DNA of 64,000 nucleotides from Octopus bimaculoides. Lineage: Eukaryota. The notes under the pieces are model-generated. The model saw nothing but the letters and a program-made list of their open reading frames with translations, was not told where the DNA came from and did not search any database. The position numbers and the translations under genes were made by a program. Positions 10,986-23,647 of this stretch are shown here, piece after piece. The stretch spans positions 64,030,354-64,094,353 of the forward strand of contig NC_068986.1 in the NCBI RefSeq assembly GCF_001194135.2, written 5' to 3'. Position 1 is the stretch's first letter; each line of letters begins with the position of its first letter.

Positions 10986-13207
10986 CTGTAAATTAATAAA
11001 ATATTTATCGTAATAAAGTTAATCTAGATACATCCACTCTTTGTAAAAACAGATACACCCTTTGGGGAAAGAGAGAAAAAATACATATAACAGAGCCGCG
11101 GAAAATTATGAAAATAAATAATCTTTCGTAAATGTTATGGATTTTAGCAAGTAATGTTAATTATATGAACACTAACTGAGCCATCTTGCTAATTGAAGAA
11201 GGATAAGCCAGACAGGTTTGTTACTACATCAATTGTGTGTATATCAGCAAAAGAGGGGCAAGACCCAACCATCACGCAGATAGATCAGATATGACAAAGA
11301 ATGTTTATCTTTTTTCTAAATTTCTAGTTTGCTTTGCTAAGCTACGGCATGAAATTCTTAAAATCAAGCGTTAAATTAAGGCTAGCAAAACGGTGAAAAG
11401 ATCAAGAGCAAATAGTTTCTTTTATGTTATTTAATGCTAAACAGATCTGTGTCTCTTTTTCTGAAAACAATGGTAATGCTATATGGGGAAGGGGGATCAT
11501 TTGTGATAAAAAGACAAATCTGTCTCCTTAAAAATAATAAGCGGAGATCCAGTATATTTTAGTAAACAAATTAAGCGATTACTGTCTTGGAAGCTAAACC
11601 GGGAGCTACCGTTGCGAGGAAAAAAAAAAAAAGATTCTGCGATATAATCCTCTTTAAATAAATCACCTTTCTACTGGTTGCCCGACAGCTGAATGCTTCG
11701 ATAAGCACTATGGAAATCAGGAGGTTAAAATGTAGTTAATTAGTGTATCAGATCAATTAAACAGACAACACACCAGACTGTAAATAAATAATTAGAAATA
11801 CTATAACCTATTGTAATTTAAAAGACATACAATAACGTTGTTTATCGTCAGTGAACTAACAACAGCAAAAACCATGAGGTGGTGGAATTAACAATCTGGC
11901 TAAAAGTGGGAAAGATATGGGTAAATGTACTTAAAAGGGTCGTTACCTTATAAAAGTTGAACAGGAATAAATAAAATGAAAGAGGCAGCAAATTGAACAA
12001 GTTGTTAAAACGTTAAATTGTAGTTAAAAGATTGTAGTAGAAAACATCAATAAACATATACATGCACCTAGAATAAGTCTTCTTCACCAGGCGGTATTAA
12101 CAATCTATGAGTTCACATTTTCAAAGGCATGAACAGCTAGTGGTTTTTGTGATTTTTCTGTTAGCCTTTTACTTTTTTCTTTTTCAAAATAAGCAGAGTT
12201 AAAGCGAGCAATTTCAGAAATACTAATAAATTCCATCTTGGAACCAACAAGGTAATATTGTATTGCAAAATATAACTCCACTGATTTAACGATCATGAAT
12301 GCATTAATTTTGAATTTATAAAAATAAATCTTATCAAGACCGACCAAGTGCTTGTAATACTTCTAGTGATAGATGAACATAACATGTAACCCTTTAGAAT
12401 ATTAGTGCTGAGTTTACAAAAAGAAATGATTGTTAGATCTTATTACAGAGAAGATATGTCAGCCAAGAAACAAACTATGAAAAATTATATATATATATGT
12501 GTCAATGGTAACTTACCAGTCATTCTTGTTTAAAAGAAATATCTAGCAACAGTAGTTTTGAATAAATAAAATTTGAAATGTTGTTTGAGTTCGAGTATTG
12601 GAAATTGGAGATAAGCCAGGTTTAATTTTGATAGGTCCGAATTGTAGAGTTTATAGATGGGAAAGAAAAAATACGGAGTTACTGGTAGACATAAGATACA
12701 TATTAATGTGGAATTTAAAGAATACTGGTTGGGAAGAGTGAGAAAGGTTGAATGCCGAGATAAATACAGCTGAGAGAGAACGAGAAGGACAGAGAAGTGG
12801 AGATATAGCAGCCGTCAGTGATGTTAAGCATTTTACACAATCAAGTATCAAACTGGATTGTTTACGTGGAAGGGAAGGAGAGAAAAACGAAAACATGTTT
12901 GCAAATCAGGAAAGAGGCTATTTTTCTAATGTGAAGAGTATGACTATTTATATATATATATATATATACATGTCTTTAAATATCCAAAATGACTGACTAC
13001 AGCTAAGGCAGCCGTGCCTTTCTTGAGAGATCTTGATATCGCACGGCTGCCATGAAAAGATAGGGGTAACGCATGCGCAACATAACACCACCAAACTCTC
13101 TCTCTCTCTCTCTCTCTTTCTTTCTCTCGCTCAATTCCAGACTCTCTTTTAGCTGGCATTCGTTAATACAACATCTGTTGCTTTTTAATTATTCCTAAAT
13201 TACTTAC

Positions 13208-13330
13208 CTGACATTGGAAAAGTTAAATTTATTGACCTGTCAGAACTTCCAACAATAAAAACGTTTAATTCAAAGTCACATCACTTTGTCTACAACTCTA
13301 ATGCCATCGGGGTGCGATGAGCATCACATT
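13208..13330 (-). promoter_or_regulatory. Candidate first exon/promoter region of the KCTD gene (start approximate)
   Basis: Consensus donor CAG|GTAAGTA at 13207 on the minus strand within a locally CpG-richer unique region (about 12990-13470); a second possible donor at 12516. Confidence 0.35.
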
Positions 13331-13984
13331 TCCCTTCCCTTTTCTCATTATATAAATATATTTTTCCCGTTACGACAATCAAATGTCATTTGACCTTTTC
13401 AGTGCACTGTTTTCTGGAAGGGTTCGATATTTATAGATTGCGATGCTGTTGATATTGTCGGGACTTGGCTTATTTTATTTTATTTTATTTTATTTTTAGT
13501 TGATAATACGATTACATAGAATTTAAAATGCTTGAGGGAAATTCATTAAAAATAAAAAAAAGCCCATAAAATCGAAATACAACTTGTATTTTTTTTGTTT
13601 CTGGGGAATTAAAATGAAATGAAAATAGAACTATAAATAAATTTCAGTGACTAAATTCGTGGAAAATAACAATTGTGTTGATCCTGCCATCAAAAAATAT
13701 CGAATTGAGTCCTCGTTTTGTTGGAATTGCCGTGGTGATATGGTCAGCATCATCAGTTTCCTTCTTCCTATGTTTTTCCTGTCAATACTTATTTCTTTAG
13801 TAATTTCTGACATTGACCCAAGGTAACATTTGCCCAAGGATGTATGGAGATGACTATTTGTAGAAAATAAGGATGTGCAAAGATGATGAAGGTGTATTAG
13901 TTTTCCTCTATTTCTCACATACCACCAGTAGACTTCGGAAAGACTTCCTCCCGCACCACTTTTCTCCCAAATTTGTTTATTTAA

Positions 13985-14415
13985 AAATTTTTTTCCCCCG
14001 TTTTAGGATACGGAGGTTCCGGAAATTTGCCAACAATCGGCATTGTTAAATTTCCCTCACCCTCACCCCAAATTCTTCAATTTTGACTTTTTCCCCAACA
14101 CTAACCCTAACCCTAAAATCTTAACCGTAACTACAGAAATGTTTTGAAATTTTTGTCTGAATCATAATGTCCGTGTTTTTCTGCATATTTAGAAGAAAAA
14201 AATTCTTAAAAAACAATTTTTGGTAATTTTTTTCAGAATCATAATCTCCATATTTTCCCGTATATTTTGGAGAAAAAAATTCTGAAAGAAGTAAAAAATG
14301 GGGGAAATGGGAGTGGGGATAATTTTAATATGCCGATTTTTGCCAATTTTTTTCAGATTCGTATTCCCTGTAGCCGAAAAGGTGGGGTTTGTGTCGGAAA
14401 AAAAAATTTTTTTTA
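13985..14415. mobile_element. Degenerate MITE with internal CTAACCCTAACCCTAA motif
   Basis: Diverged inverted arms (about 14020-14070 vs 14298-14355) and telomere-like repeat at 14101-14116. Confidence 0.4.
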
Positions 14416-14848
14416 GGGTGGTTGGTGGGGGGGGGCAGAAATCTTGCCTAGCCTTCTTCCTATCTAAGCAGCATTTGTTCTTATAAATGTAGTAAAATAC
14501 ATGTGTAAACATAAATTTTGGGATTCAACCACCTGCATATGCCCAAAGTTGGGTGTTGGCAAGGCTGGCTTAGGAGGTATGGGGCCCAATTGGGAACAGT
14601 TTTGGTGGGCTCCAGGTTCCCAGTCAACTTGCACCTCGGAAATTCCCTCTGCCCCACCTTGGAGTTATTTTTTTTCTCGTTCTGCTTTCAGGTGCTATCA
14701 ACTAATTTCGCTTCCTAATATACTGCAGAGGACTTTTTTCTCCTTTGCGGCATATTAGGTGATCAGAATAGTGGCTGTTTTGTATGTTTAATAACTGCTG
14801 TTTCTAGTATACTAAACAGCCACGTTAAGGACGGGCTGCCTTTTAGTT

Positions 14849-17800
14849 TGTAGCGTGGCACAAGTAGCCAGCACCATTTTGTATGAGATCTCGCTGGCAG
14901 CCATTATCTTGTCAGAGACAAGAACAAGATTTCGTGTACAACTGTTTGCCATGCACGGCGCCACAATGAGGCTCTCCTCGACAACGACTACTTAAACAGG
15001 TGCAAAAGATGTTCAAACTTTCTTAGTCTTCTCCAGCTTGCTTACGCTGAGAGACATTACGAAGCAGGCAGTTACAGTGGACGCTAACCTGCTCTAACCA
15101 CATCTGTTATTCTCCTCATGTGAATGGAGATATCCCAAGCCATGCGCTGCCATGAAGATGGACACCGGGAATGGGACACAAGCCCACCGCTGCATCCATC
15201 TCTGTTCGTTCAAGTTGTCAGGAAACTAGTTACGGAAGATTCAGGCCCATCAGATTCTTCCCGCAAATTTTCATCTCATCGTGCATTCTATGTTAAGGAT
15301 CGTGTGTCTAACAAATCGTTCATGGTTAATCATGTGTCTAACAAATCATTCCAGCTGTTCTATTTGGCCTTTGCGTCTTACTTCAGACAAGCTGAAGCAA
15401 TCTGCCATTAACCTGCACACAGTGAATCTATCCCCGATAAAAACTTACGGCCAAATCTTATTACGCCTAGATCTCAACCTTCGAAAGGATTTTAGGTGGG
15501 TTTTTGTTATAGCAGATCTACCATATCCCATTTTGGGGCGCGGACTTCTTAAACCACTTTCACTTATTAGTAGATGTCAGGCGACAGAAGCTCATGAATG
15601 ATTCTATGTCTTTGTTTACGCCTACTCGGGTTACTACTAATGCTGTTTTCAGCCCATCATTTTTTGTCGCCACTGTTGGTGACCAGTTCCACTCCCTTTT
15701 GGCTTCTTTTCCAGAGCTGGTGGATCCGACTTTCAAATCAGTCAAAGTCACACACTTGACTCGCCATTATATCACTACTTCTGGACCACCCGTTTTTTCA
15801 CGTCCACAGCAACTCGCCCCTGACTGGCTCAAGAAGGCTCAATCTGAGTTTGAGCATATGCTTCAACTCAGCCTTATTTGCCCCTCCACCAGCCCTTGGA
15901 CATCTCCTCTACATTTGGCATGGAAAGGGATTCAGATTTTTGCCTGGTGGGGGATTACAGACATTTGAATGTGATCACTGTTCCTGATCGCTATCCTATA
16001 AGGAATCTCCAAGATTTTTCTCCAAACTTGCATGGTTGTACTATTTTTTCCGAGCTTATCATCAAATTCCAATGAACCCTGATGACATTCCCAAAATTGC
16101 TGTTACCACCCCCTTTGGAAGTTTATGAGCTTTGGTTTGTAGAATGCAATGAGCACATTCCAGAGGTTTATTGACAAAGTTGTCTGTGGACTTGACTTTG
16201 TGTTCACTTACATTGATGATTTGTTCACAACTAGCGACATGCATGAAAATCACCTCCAACAGTTATCTCAACTTTTTCAGCGTCTTCACACCTACAATGT
16301 GCAAATCAGCCCTGATAAGTGTGTTTTCGGACAGACCTGTCTGGAATTTCTAGGTCATTATATCAACTCTAATAGTATCCCACCTCTCTCCTCCAAAGTC
16401 AATGCAATTCAATGCATCTCACCTCCCACTTCTCTATGCGAATTGCGTCACTTCTTGGGAATCGCCAACTTTTACAGGAGATTCATACATAAATGTGCAG
16501 ACAAGTTACTCCCCTAACTCAACTACTGAAAGCAAATACAAAAAAAATGCTCCTATTACTCTATCTGCCGAGGCATTATCTTCTTTTGAGTCAATCAAGA
16601 AGGAAATAGCTTCTGTTCCTTTGCTTGCACATCCGGTTCCTGATGCTTGTCTCTCTTTAACAGTTGATGCATCAGATTCTGCGGTTGGTGCTGTTTTGCA
16701 ACATACCGTCGACAATCAAACTCGACCTTTGATATTTTTTCTCATCAATTACAGCCAGCTGAACCTCATTACAGCACATTTGATCCAGTTTCCAATGGGA
16801 TGGTTGAACGATTTCACAGGCAACTGAAGGCCGCTCTATGTGCCACTCCTGATCCACAGTCTTGGACAGAATTCCTACCTATCGTTCTTCTTGGTTATCG
16901 CACTGCTGTTAAAGCAGACTTAGGTTTCTCCTCTGCTGAACTCCTTTATGGTACCATTCTGGCACTCCCTGGTATAATGTTGGCGCCAGACAATTCATCG
17001 CGTCCTGATCCAACGTCATATGTCACCAGACTTCGCTTGTATTTCTCAAGTCCTCCACCCATGCATCTGCATGACCAGTCTATTCCTTCTCTCGTCCCAC
17101 TGGACATTGACAAATGGACTCATGTTTTTGTTCAGGATGATTCTGTCAGAGGACCTCTCATTTCTCCTTATAAAGGACCATTTCATGTGCTATTGCGCAC
17201 ACCCAAAACTTTTAGTTTCAACATCAATGGTCGGGTAGAGACTATGTCGGTCAACAGACTTAAAAGGGCACATTTTGAGGTGTCCACACCCTTTGATGAC
17301 ACCCCAACCACGCCCACTTTTGATCCTTTACAAACACCTACACACCCACCTGCACACCATCACCTGCACATGCACCTTTGATCACACCATCACCTATACC
17401 TCCAACTTCATCACCACAACCTAACATGAACAAACTCTAAGTCACCAGGACAGGCTGCACTGTGAATTGGCCCAAAAAACTCACCAGAACTATTTACATC
17501 TAAGTGGTTTTTTTCTCTGTGACAGACAATTGTTTTCTCATGTGCTGAACAATTCTAATGCCTTCCCATTGAACTTTGTCAAAAAGTTTTGTGCATGCCC
17601 CTTTTATATTGCTTATAATTATTTTTCTCAAACTTATCACATTTTTATTATATTTTGTACCACATCTTGTTGTTTGCGATTGGTAGCCATCTTTGTTTTC
17701 TTGTGCCTGCTCCAGTCATTCTAATTTTGCACTAGCATTCTCAGGGAGAAGCCCTTGTAGCATGGCACAAGTAGCCAGCGTCATTTTGTACGAGATCTCA

Positions 17801-18101
17801 CTGGTAGCCAATATCTTGTCCGAGACAAGAACGAGATCTTGTGTACAACTGTTTGCCATGCACGGCACCACAATGAGGCTCTCTTCGACAACGACTACTT
17901 AAGCAGGTGCAAAAGATGTTCAAACTCTCTTAGTCTTCTCCAGCTTGCTTACACTGAGAGACACTACGAAGCAGGCAGCTACAGCAGACTCTAACCTGGT
18001 CTAACCACATCTGTTATTCTCCAGAGATGATGTACCTCACGTGAATGGAGATATCACAAGCCATGCGCTGCCATGAAGATGGACACTGGGAATGGGACAC
18101 A
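14849..18101 (+). mobile_element. Internally deleted Gypsy LTR retrotransposon with both LTRs
   Basis: Direct repeats 14849-15180 and 17756-18101 (TGTAGC...GACACA, about 92% identical by manual count plus a 14-nt indel); purine-rich tract before the 3' LTR; protease, RT (FTYIDDL), RNase H (LTVDASDSAVGAVLQ) and integrase C-half (MVERFHRQLK...GPYKGPF) remnants with frameshifts; gag missing. Confidence 0.9.
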
Positions 18102-18303
18102 AGATCAGGAATCACAATAAACAATTATTGAATTGCATCCGCTTGTGAGGTTCTTCTTTTGCATTTCAGATCCTTAAGAAAGAAAATAATTACAATGGGA
18201 GAAGGTGATACTCTACTGGTATCATGAGCCTTTCTTTCCCTTATAAGTTTATTTAAAACAGACTATAATGTGTGTGTGTGTGTATATATGTATGAATGTG
18301 TAT

Positions 18304-18350
<47 letters not shown>

Positions 18351-18379
18351 GGAGAAATATGTATGGCACTGTGTTGGTG

Positions 18380-18700
18380 TCACGTAAAAGCATCCAATCC
18401 ACACTGTAAAGTGGTGACGTTAGGAAGGGTATCCAGCCATTGAAACAATGCTTCTGTTTGGTGCCATGTAAAAGCATTCAGTCCATGCTGTAAAGTTGTG
18501 ACATTAGGAAGGGCATCTAGCTGTTGAAACTATGCTACTGTGCGGTCCTACACAAAAGCGCTCAGTCCACGCTGCAAAGTGGTGGCGTTAGGAAGGACAT
18601 CCAGCCATTAAAATCATGTTCCCATGCAATACCATGTAAAAACACTGAATCCATGCTGTAAAGTGGTGGCGTTAGGAAGGGCATCCAGCCACAAAAGCCA
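18380..18700 (+). repeat. Four tandem 84-bp units inside an RTE-tail/(GAT)n SINE-like repeat
   Basis: TTAGGAAGG anchor at 18420, 18504, 18588, 18672 (exact 84-bp period); the (CAT)n-tailed family also occurs at about 1662-2080, 8829-8995, 38526-39260, 51670-52210. Confidence 0.8.
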
Positions 18701-18845
18701 TGCCAAACCAGACGGGTGCCAGATGTAGCGCCCGGCTTGTTGGCCCCTGTCAAACCATCTAGCCCATACCAGCATGGAAAACATGTTAAATCTTGATGAT
18801 GATGATATGCATATATAGATACACATATGTATATATTTATATGGG

Positions 18846-18907
<62 letters not shown>

Positions 18908-19718
18908 CATATATATGTGTGTGTGTGTGTGTGGTAACTTTCTGAAGCATGGATAATTTGTTAATAAAATTTTCTACACATATGTCTCAGATGGTGTGGA
19001 TTACGATTATATTGGAATTTGTTGTGTAAAGCATTTCCCCCCACTCTTTTAAATAAACTTAAAGGTAGACCTTCCTCAACATGGTTGTTTAGTATGCTAG
19101 AAATAGCAGTTACTAAGCATAAAAACAGCCACTAATCTGATCTCCTAATTTGCCACAAAGAGGGAAAAAAGTCTTTTGCCGTATACTTGGAGCCAAGATT
19201 AGTTGGTAGCGCATGAAAAAAGAAAACGAGGAAAAATATAACTCCAGGGTGAGAGGGGGATTCCAAGGGCCCACCCTACTCCGATTTTGGTGGGAAAAAG
19301 TCTTTGCGGTATATTAAGAGATGAGATTAGTTGATGGCACAAAAAAGAAAAAAACGAGGAAACACATTATTTCTCACCAAAATTGAGTTGGGTGTTGTTA
19401 AACTATAAATTTTAACTACATCTAAGCTACGCTTTTTAAAAATATTCTGCCAAAACACAGAAAGAAATTTAACAAGATCCCAAATAAACTTTTATTTACT
19501 GCATGTTATTATGCTAAAAGAGATCTACATAAAATGCAGATTAATAATAATCATTAATTAGAATTTTTCAGAAGCTGGTTATATGCTTATTGATTATTTT
19601 TTGTGCATAAGCTCTATTGTAAGACACTGTCTTGTCTGTGTGGCAGGAACTTTGTTCCTTAACTATGTTTCTGGATTTAGCACCAGTGTGTGATACCAAA
19701 TGTCTCTTACTATAGCCC

Positions 19719-19756
<38 letters not shown>

Positions 19757-20599
19757 TGTGTCCATGTGTGTGTGTGGGAGTGTGTGGCTGTGTGTTTGTG
19801 CTTGTCCAAAACCTGAATGAATGCCATTGCAAAGAGATTTTCTCTTTTGAACAAGCGACAAGAAATTTTATCTCACCTACTGCATCTTTCTCTCTCTCAC
19901 TATACACACATACACATGCACACGTGTGTGTATATATGCAATTCCCAACAAAATAAAAATACATATACATACAATAATACACATAAATACGACCTCAACC
20001 AAAACCATTATCAAAAATAATTGAACTTTTAACCTTTAACCATTGTAGCCAAAATACTGAGAACTGAATTCTTTTACACATACACATCCATTTATCCTTT
20101 TGCTTTTATCATTTTCTATTTATTTATTTATTTGATATATTTTGCTTTCTTTAATACATACATACATACATACATCATCGTTTAACGTCTGCTTTCCATG
20201 CTAGCATGGGTTGGACTACATATATACATAAATATATATGAGTTCAGCAAAAATTTAGATTCAGATGAATATGGTACTTAAGTTGAAGCACCAGAATTTA
20301 GTACGGTATTATCCATACAATTTCAAAATAAGGTGATTAGAATCAAAATAAGCAACAAGGATATCCAGAGGTAATGCAACACGATTGTTTCACGCAGCTC
20401 CATTTAATTGAACAATGCAACCATTACATCAGTTTAAATGCAGAGCAATCCTCAGCTGTACAAAGACATAGAACTTAATCAAATTAAAACAGATGGACAC
20501 ATTAGTATAATTTTGCCTAAAATCTCCAAGAAGTTAAGGGGATAGACAAAGAACATTGTTGCCCTTCCTTACACTTAGAAGCAACATAAATATATGTAT

Positions 20600-20630
<31 letters not shown>

Positions 20631-20644
20631 CACGCACACACACG

Positions 20645-20708
<64 letters not shown>

Positions 20709-21030
20709 TACATATATATATAAATATACATATATACCTATATATATATATATATATAAAACTAATTTAGAGACGAACCACCACTCTACAACTCAGTCAC
20801 TCAGAACCCGTCCAAATCCATGCTGTGAGGCATATACCATCTTAATATATCTAAGATTTTAATCTAAAAATTTAAATTAAATAATATATTACATAAATAA
20901 AGCATATAAATAAATCATAGAAATATTAATTTAAAAAATTTAAAGTCAAATTTATAAATTGGACAGTAAAAATTAATACAATGATATACAGTATGGAAGT
21001 ATAAATGTAAAAAGTTAGTGCTAGTACATA

Positions 21031-21144
21031 GACTACGCACGTTTCATGGCTGAAATAGGACTATATAAAATCATAAGCAAATTCTATCCGAGTCATTAGA
21101 ACAGGGAAATGATTTTACTCCCAAAATCAGTCACTCTTCAGGTC
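21031..21144 (-). ncRNA. Type I hammerhead ribozyme motif (HHR-B) with long helix II insert
   Basis: Minus strand: GAC-CTGAAGA (21144-21135); helix II GTGACTGA/TCAGCCAT (7 of 8 pairs, 89-nt insert); GAAA 21045-21042; helix III ACG-TG-CGT; GUA triplet ending 21034; helix I GAC/GTC (3 bp only). Confidence 0.6.
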
Positions 21145-21212
21145 AAATCCCTAAGAAAATACCATGTTTATATTTATTCCTTGAATGATATTAGGTATTT
21201 TCTTAAGGATTT

Positions 21213-21279
21213 GACCTGAAGAGTGACTGATTTTGGGAGTAAAATCATTTCCCTGTTCTAATGACTCGGATAGAATTTG
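21213..21279 (+). ncRNA. 5' half of mirror-image hammerhead (HHR-B'), truncated by assembly gap
   Basis: GAC-CTGAAGA-GTGACTGA at 21213-21230, identical to HHR-B; the GAAA half would lie in the N gap at 21280-21289. Confidence 0.4.
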
Positions 21280-23647
21280 NNNNNNNNNNCCAATTTATAA
21301 ATTTGACTTTTAAATTTTTTAAATATTTCTATGATTTATTTCTATGATTTATATGATTTATTTATGTAATATATTATTTAATTTAAATTTTTAGATTAAA
21401 ATCTTAGATATATTAAGATGGTATATACCTCACAGCATGGATTTGGATGGGTTCTGAGTTGTAGAGTGGTGGTTCGTCTCTAAATTAGTTATATACATAT
21501 ATATCATATATTAGGAAACCCGGTATAATATTATACCGATTTTTGCCTGTAAGGTTGGAATAAATTTTTTATTCCCTAATATTATCACTATATATATAGT
21601 GTCAATCACTCACACATTCACTCACTACAAAAAGTGGATAAAAAATTTCAGTTATCTCTCTCTCTTTCTTTCTCTCTCTCTATTTCTTTCTCTCTCTCTC
21701 TTTCTCTCTCTCTCTCTTTCTCTCTCTCTCTTTCTCTCTCTCTCTTTCGTTCTCTCTCTCTCTTTCTTTCTCTCTCTCTTTCTTTCTCTCTCTCTCACAT
21801 ACACACATACCAGCAACATTACTCTCTCTGTCTCTTGACACACTAACAAAAGCAATACGCATACACACCACACATTCTGTCTTGCACACCCCATCAAACA
21901 CACACAAACAAGCACAAACACACACGCGCGCGCGCGCACGCACACGCTCATACAATCACGATCTCCCTGCCTCTTTCGCTTTCACGCCGACTTCAAAAGA
22001 TCCAAACATTAAAAAAATAAAATTTTTTTATGGAAACCGTCGATCATCTTAAAAAATCTAAATAAACACATGTGGTTTACAAGTGGTTTGTAAGTGACAG
22101 TCGTGTGTTCCCATATCGAAAGATCGCCCAATGTTTTAATGATTAGACAGAGGTCCAATAGAATAGCTCTCAGAAACAGACTACGTACAAATTCGTTCTT
22201 CACAACTCCTGAAGCTGTTTTCTTATAAGAGGGTGGGAGTCAGGAAATTTTCATACAGCTGGAGGCTCCAATCGAAACAGGGGACCTGAAACAATAAGGT
22301 TGAGAAACGCTGTTATATATTATGCCTAACCGAAAACGATCACAGCCACATCATCCAAACAGAGTGGGTGAAACCGGGCTTAGCTGCCAGTCTATAATAT
22401 AAATGGGACATGGGCAATCATTGTATTCTTTCTTGTCTTGGGGTTCACAGCCAAACGGCTGGGTGGATTCGCATGAAAAATGGCACACATGTGGAGATGG
22501 GTGCATAGATTGGAATGCGGTTTGTATTTTTTCCCATACTTACTGAGAAAATTGATTAAAACTTTTCTAATAGCATTCCCCTGTTTGTTCCACCATTAAA
22601 ACAACCAGTTGCTCACACAGCCGGCATATACCATTTCACTAGCAACAAGGGGAGTACAGGATGGCAGTCAGCCAAAACTTTCGCTATGTTTTCTCTCTTC
22701 TTTCACCTCTTTGTGGGGTTAATAATCTTAATCTTTAGTTACAGTTTCTCATTCAAACTACATAATAGGCAGAATTGTCAGATTAAGACAGTAGGGTGTT
22801 TTGAGGGAGATTTGGCTGCTATTAGCTACGATGTAGAGGTCTGAACTTAATTTTCACACACATATTTGCATTTCAAAAATCTTCCATAAATCAACTATCG
22901 TAAACTTATACATACACGCAAGCACGCCCATATGCACGTGCACACACACGCACGTCCATTTCATATATCTTTCATTTTCTGCTCTCTGCAAATAAAATTT
23001 TTACAGATACAACTGCTTACAAAAATTGGGATTAATGTATAATTTCTTTCTATGTTCATAATTGAATAAATGTTTTAATGATTAGACAGACGTCCAATAG
23101 AATAGCTCTCAGAAACAGACTACGTACAAATTCTTTCTTCACAACTCCTGAAGCCGTTTTCTGACAGGAGGGGGTGAAACCTTCATACAGCTGGAGGCTC
23201 CAATCGAAACGGGAGTAAGTTTATTAGCATAGTAAACTGTGTGTCTGTGTGTGCGTGCATGCGGCAATATAAATAATAACACAATACATATGACAGGCCT
23301 TCATGTACAAGAGTATGTATACATAAATATGTGTTATTTCTTTACTACCCACAAGGGGCTACACACAGAGGGGAAAACAACGACAGACAAATGGATTAAG
23401 TCGATAATACCGATCCCAGTGCGTAACTGGTACTTATTTAATCGACCCCGAAAGGATGAAAGGCAAAGTCGACCTCGGCAGAATTTGAACTCAGAATGTA
23501 GCGGCAGACAAAATACCGCTAAGCATTTCGCCTGGCGTGCTGACGTTTCTGCCAGCTCGCCGCCTTCAGTAAATATGTGTATGCATAAATATACATAAAT
23601 ATGTGTATGCGTGTGAATGAGAAATACAGAGCATGGAAATGAGAGTC

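Larger units (their letters stand above)
20759..21600. mobile_element. Foldback/inverted terminal-repeat structure, probably paired Penelope-type pseudo-LTRs
   Basis: 20759-20962 inverted at 21290-21491; 86-bp arms 21078-21163 and 21194-21279 (1 mismatch, 30-nt loop); 10-N gap where the mirror of 20963-21077 is expected. Confidence 0.75.

Noticed and set aside
18380-18700. Regularly spaced repeats as a CRISPR array
   Set aside because: Eukaryotic context; whole units are homologous (no unique spacers), derived from a SINE/LINE tail; no cas genes.
21521-21538. Perfect 18-bp palindrome CGGTATAATATTATACCG
   Set aside because: Lies within the extended arm of the foldback repeat; not independent evidence of a separate element.
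19568-21955. ORFs rich in YI, CV, HT, ER and SL repeats
   Set aside because: Translations of (TA)n, (TG)n and (GA)n microsatellites.
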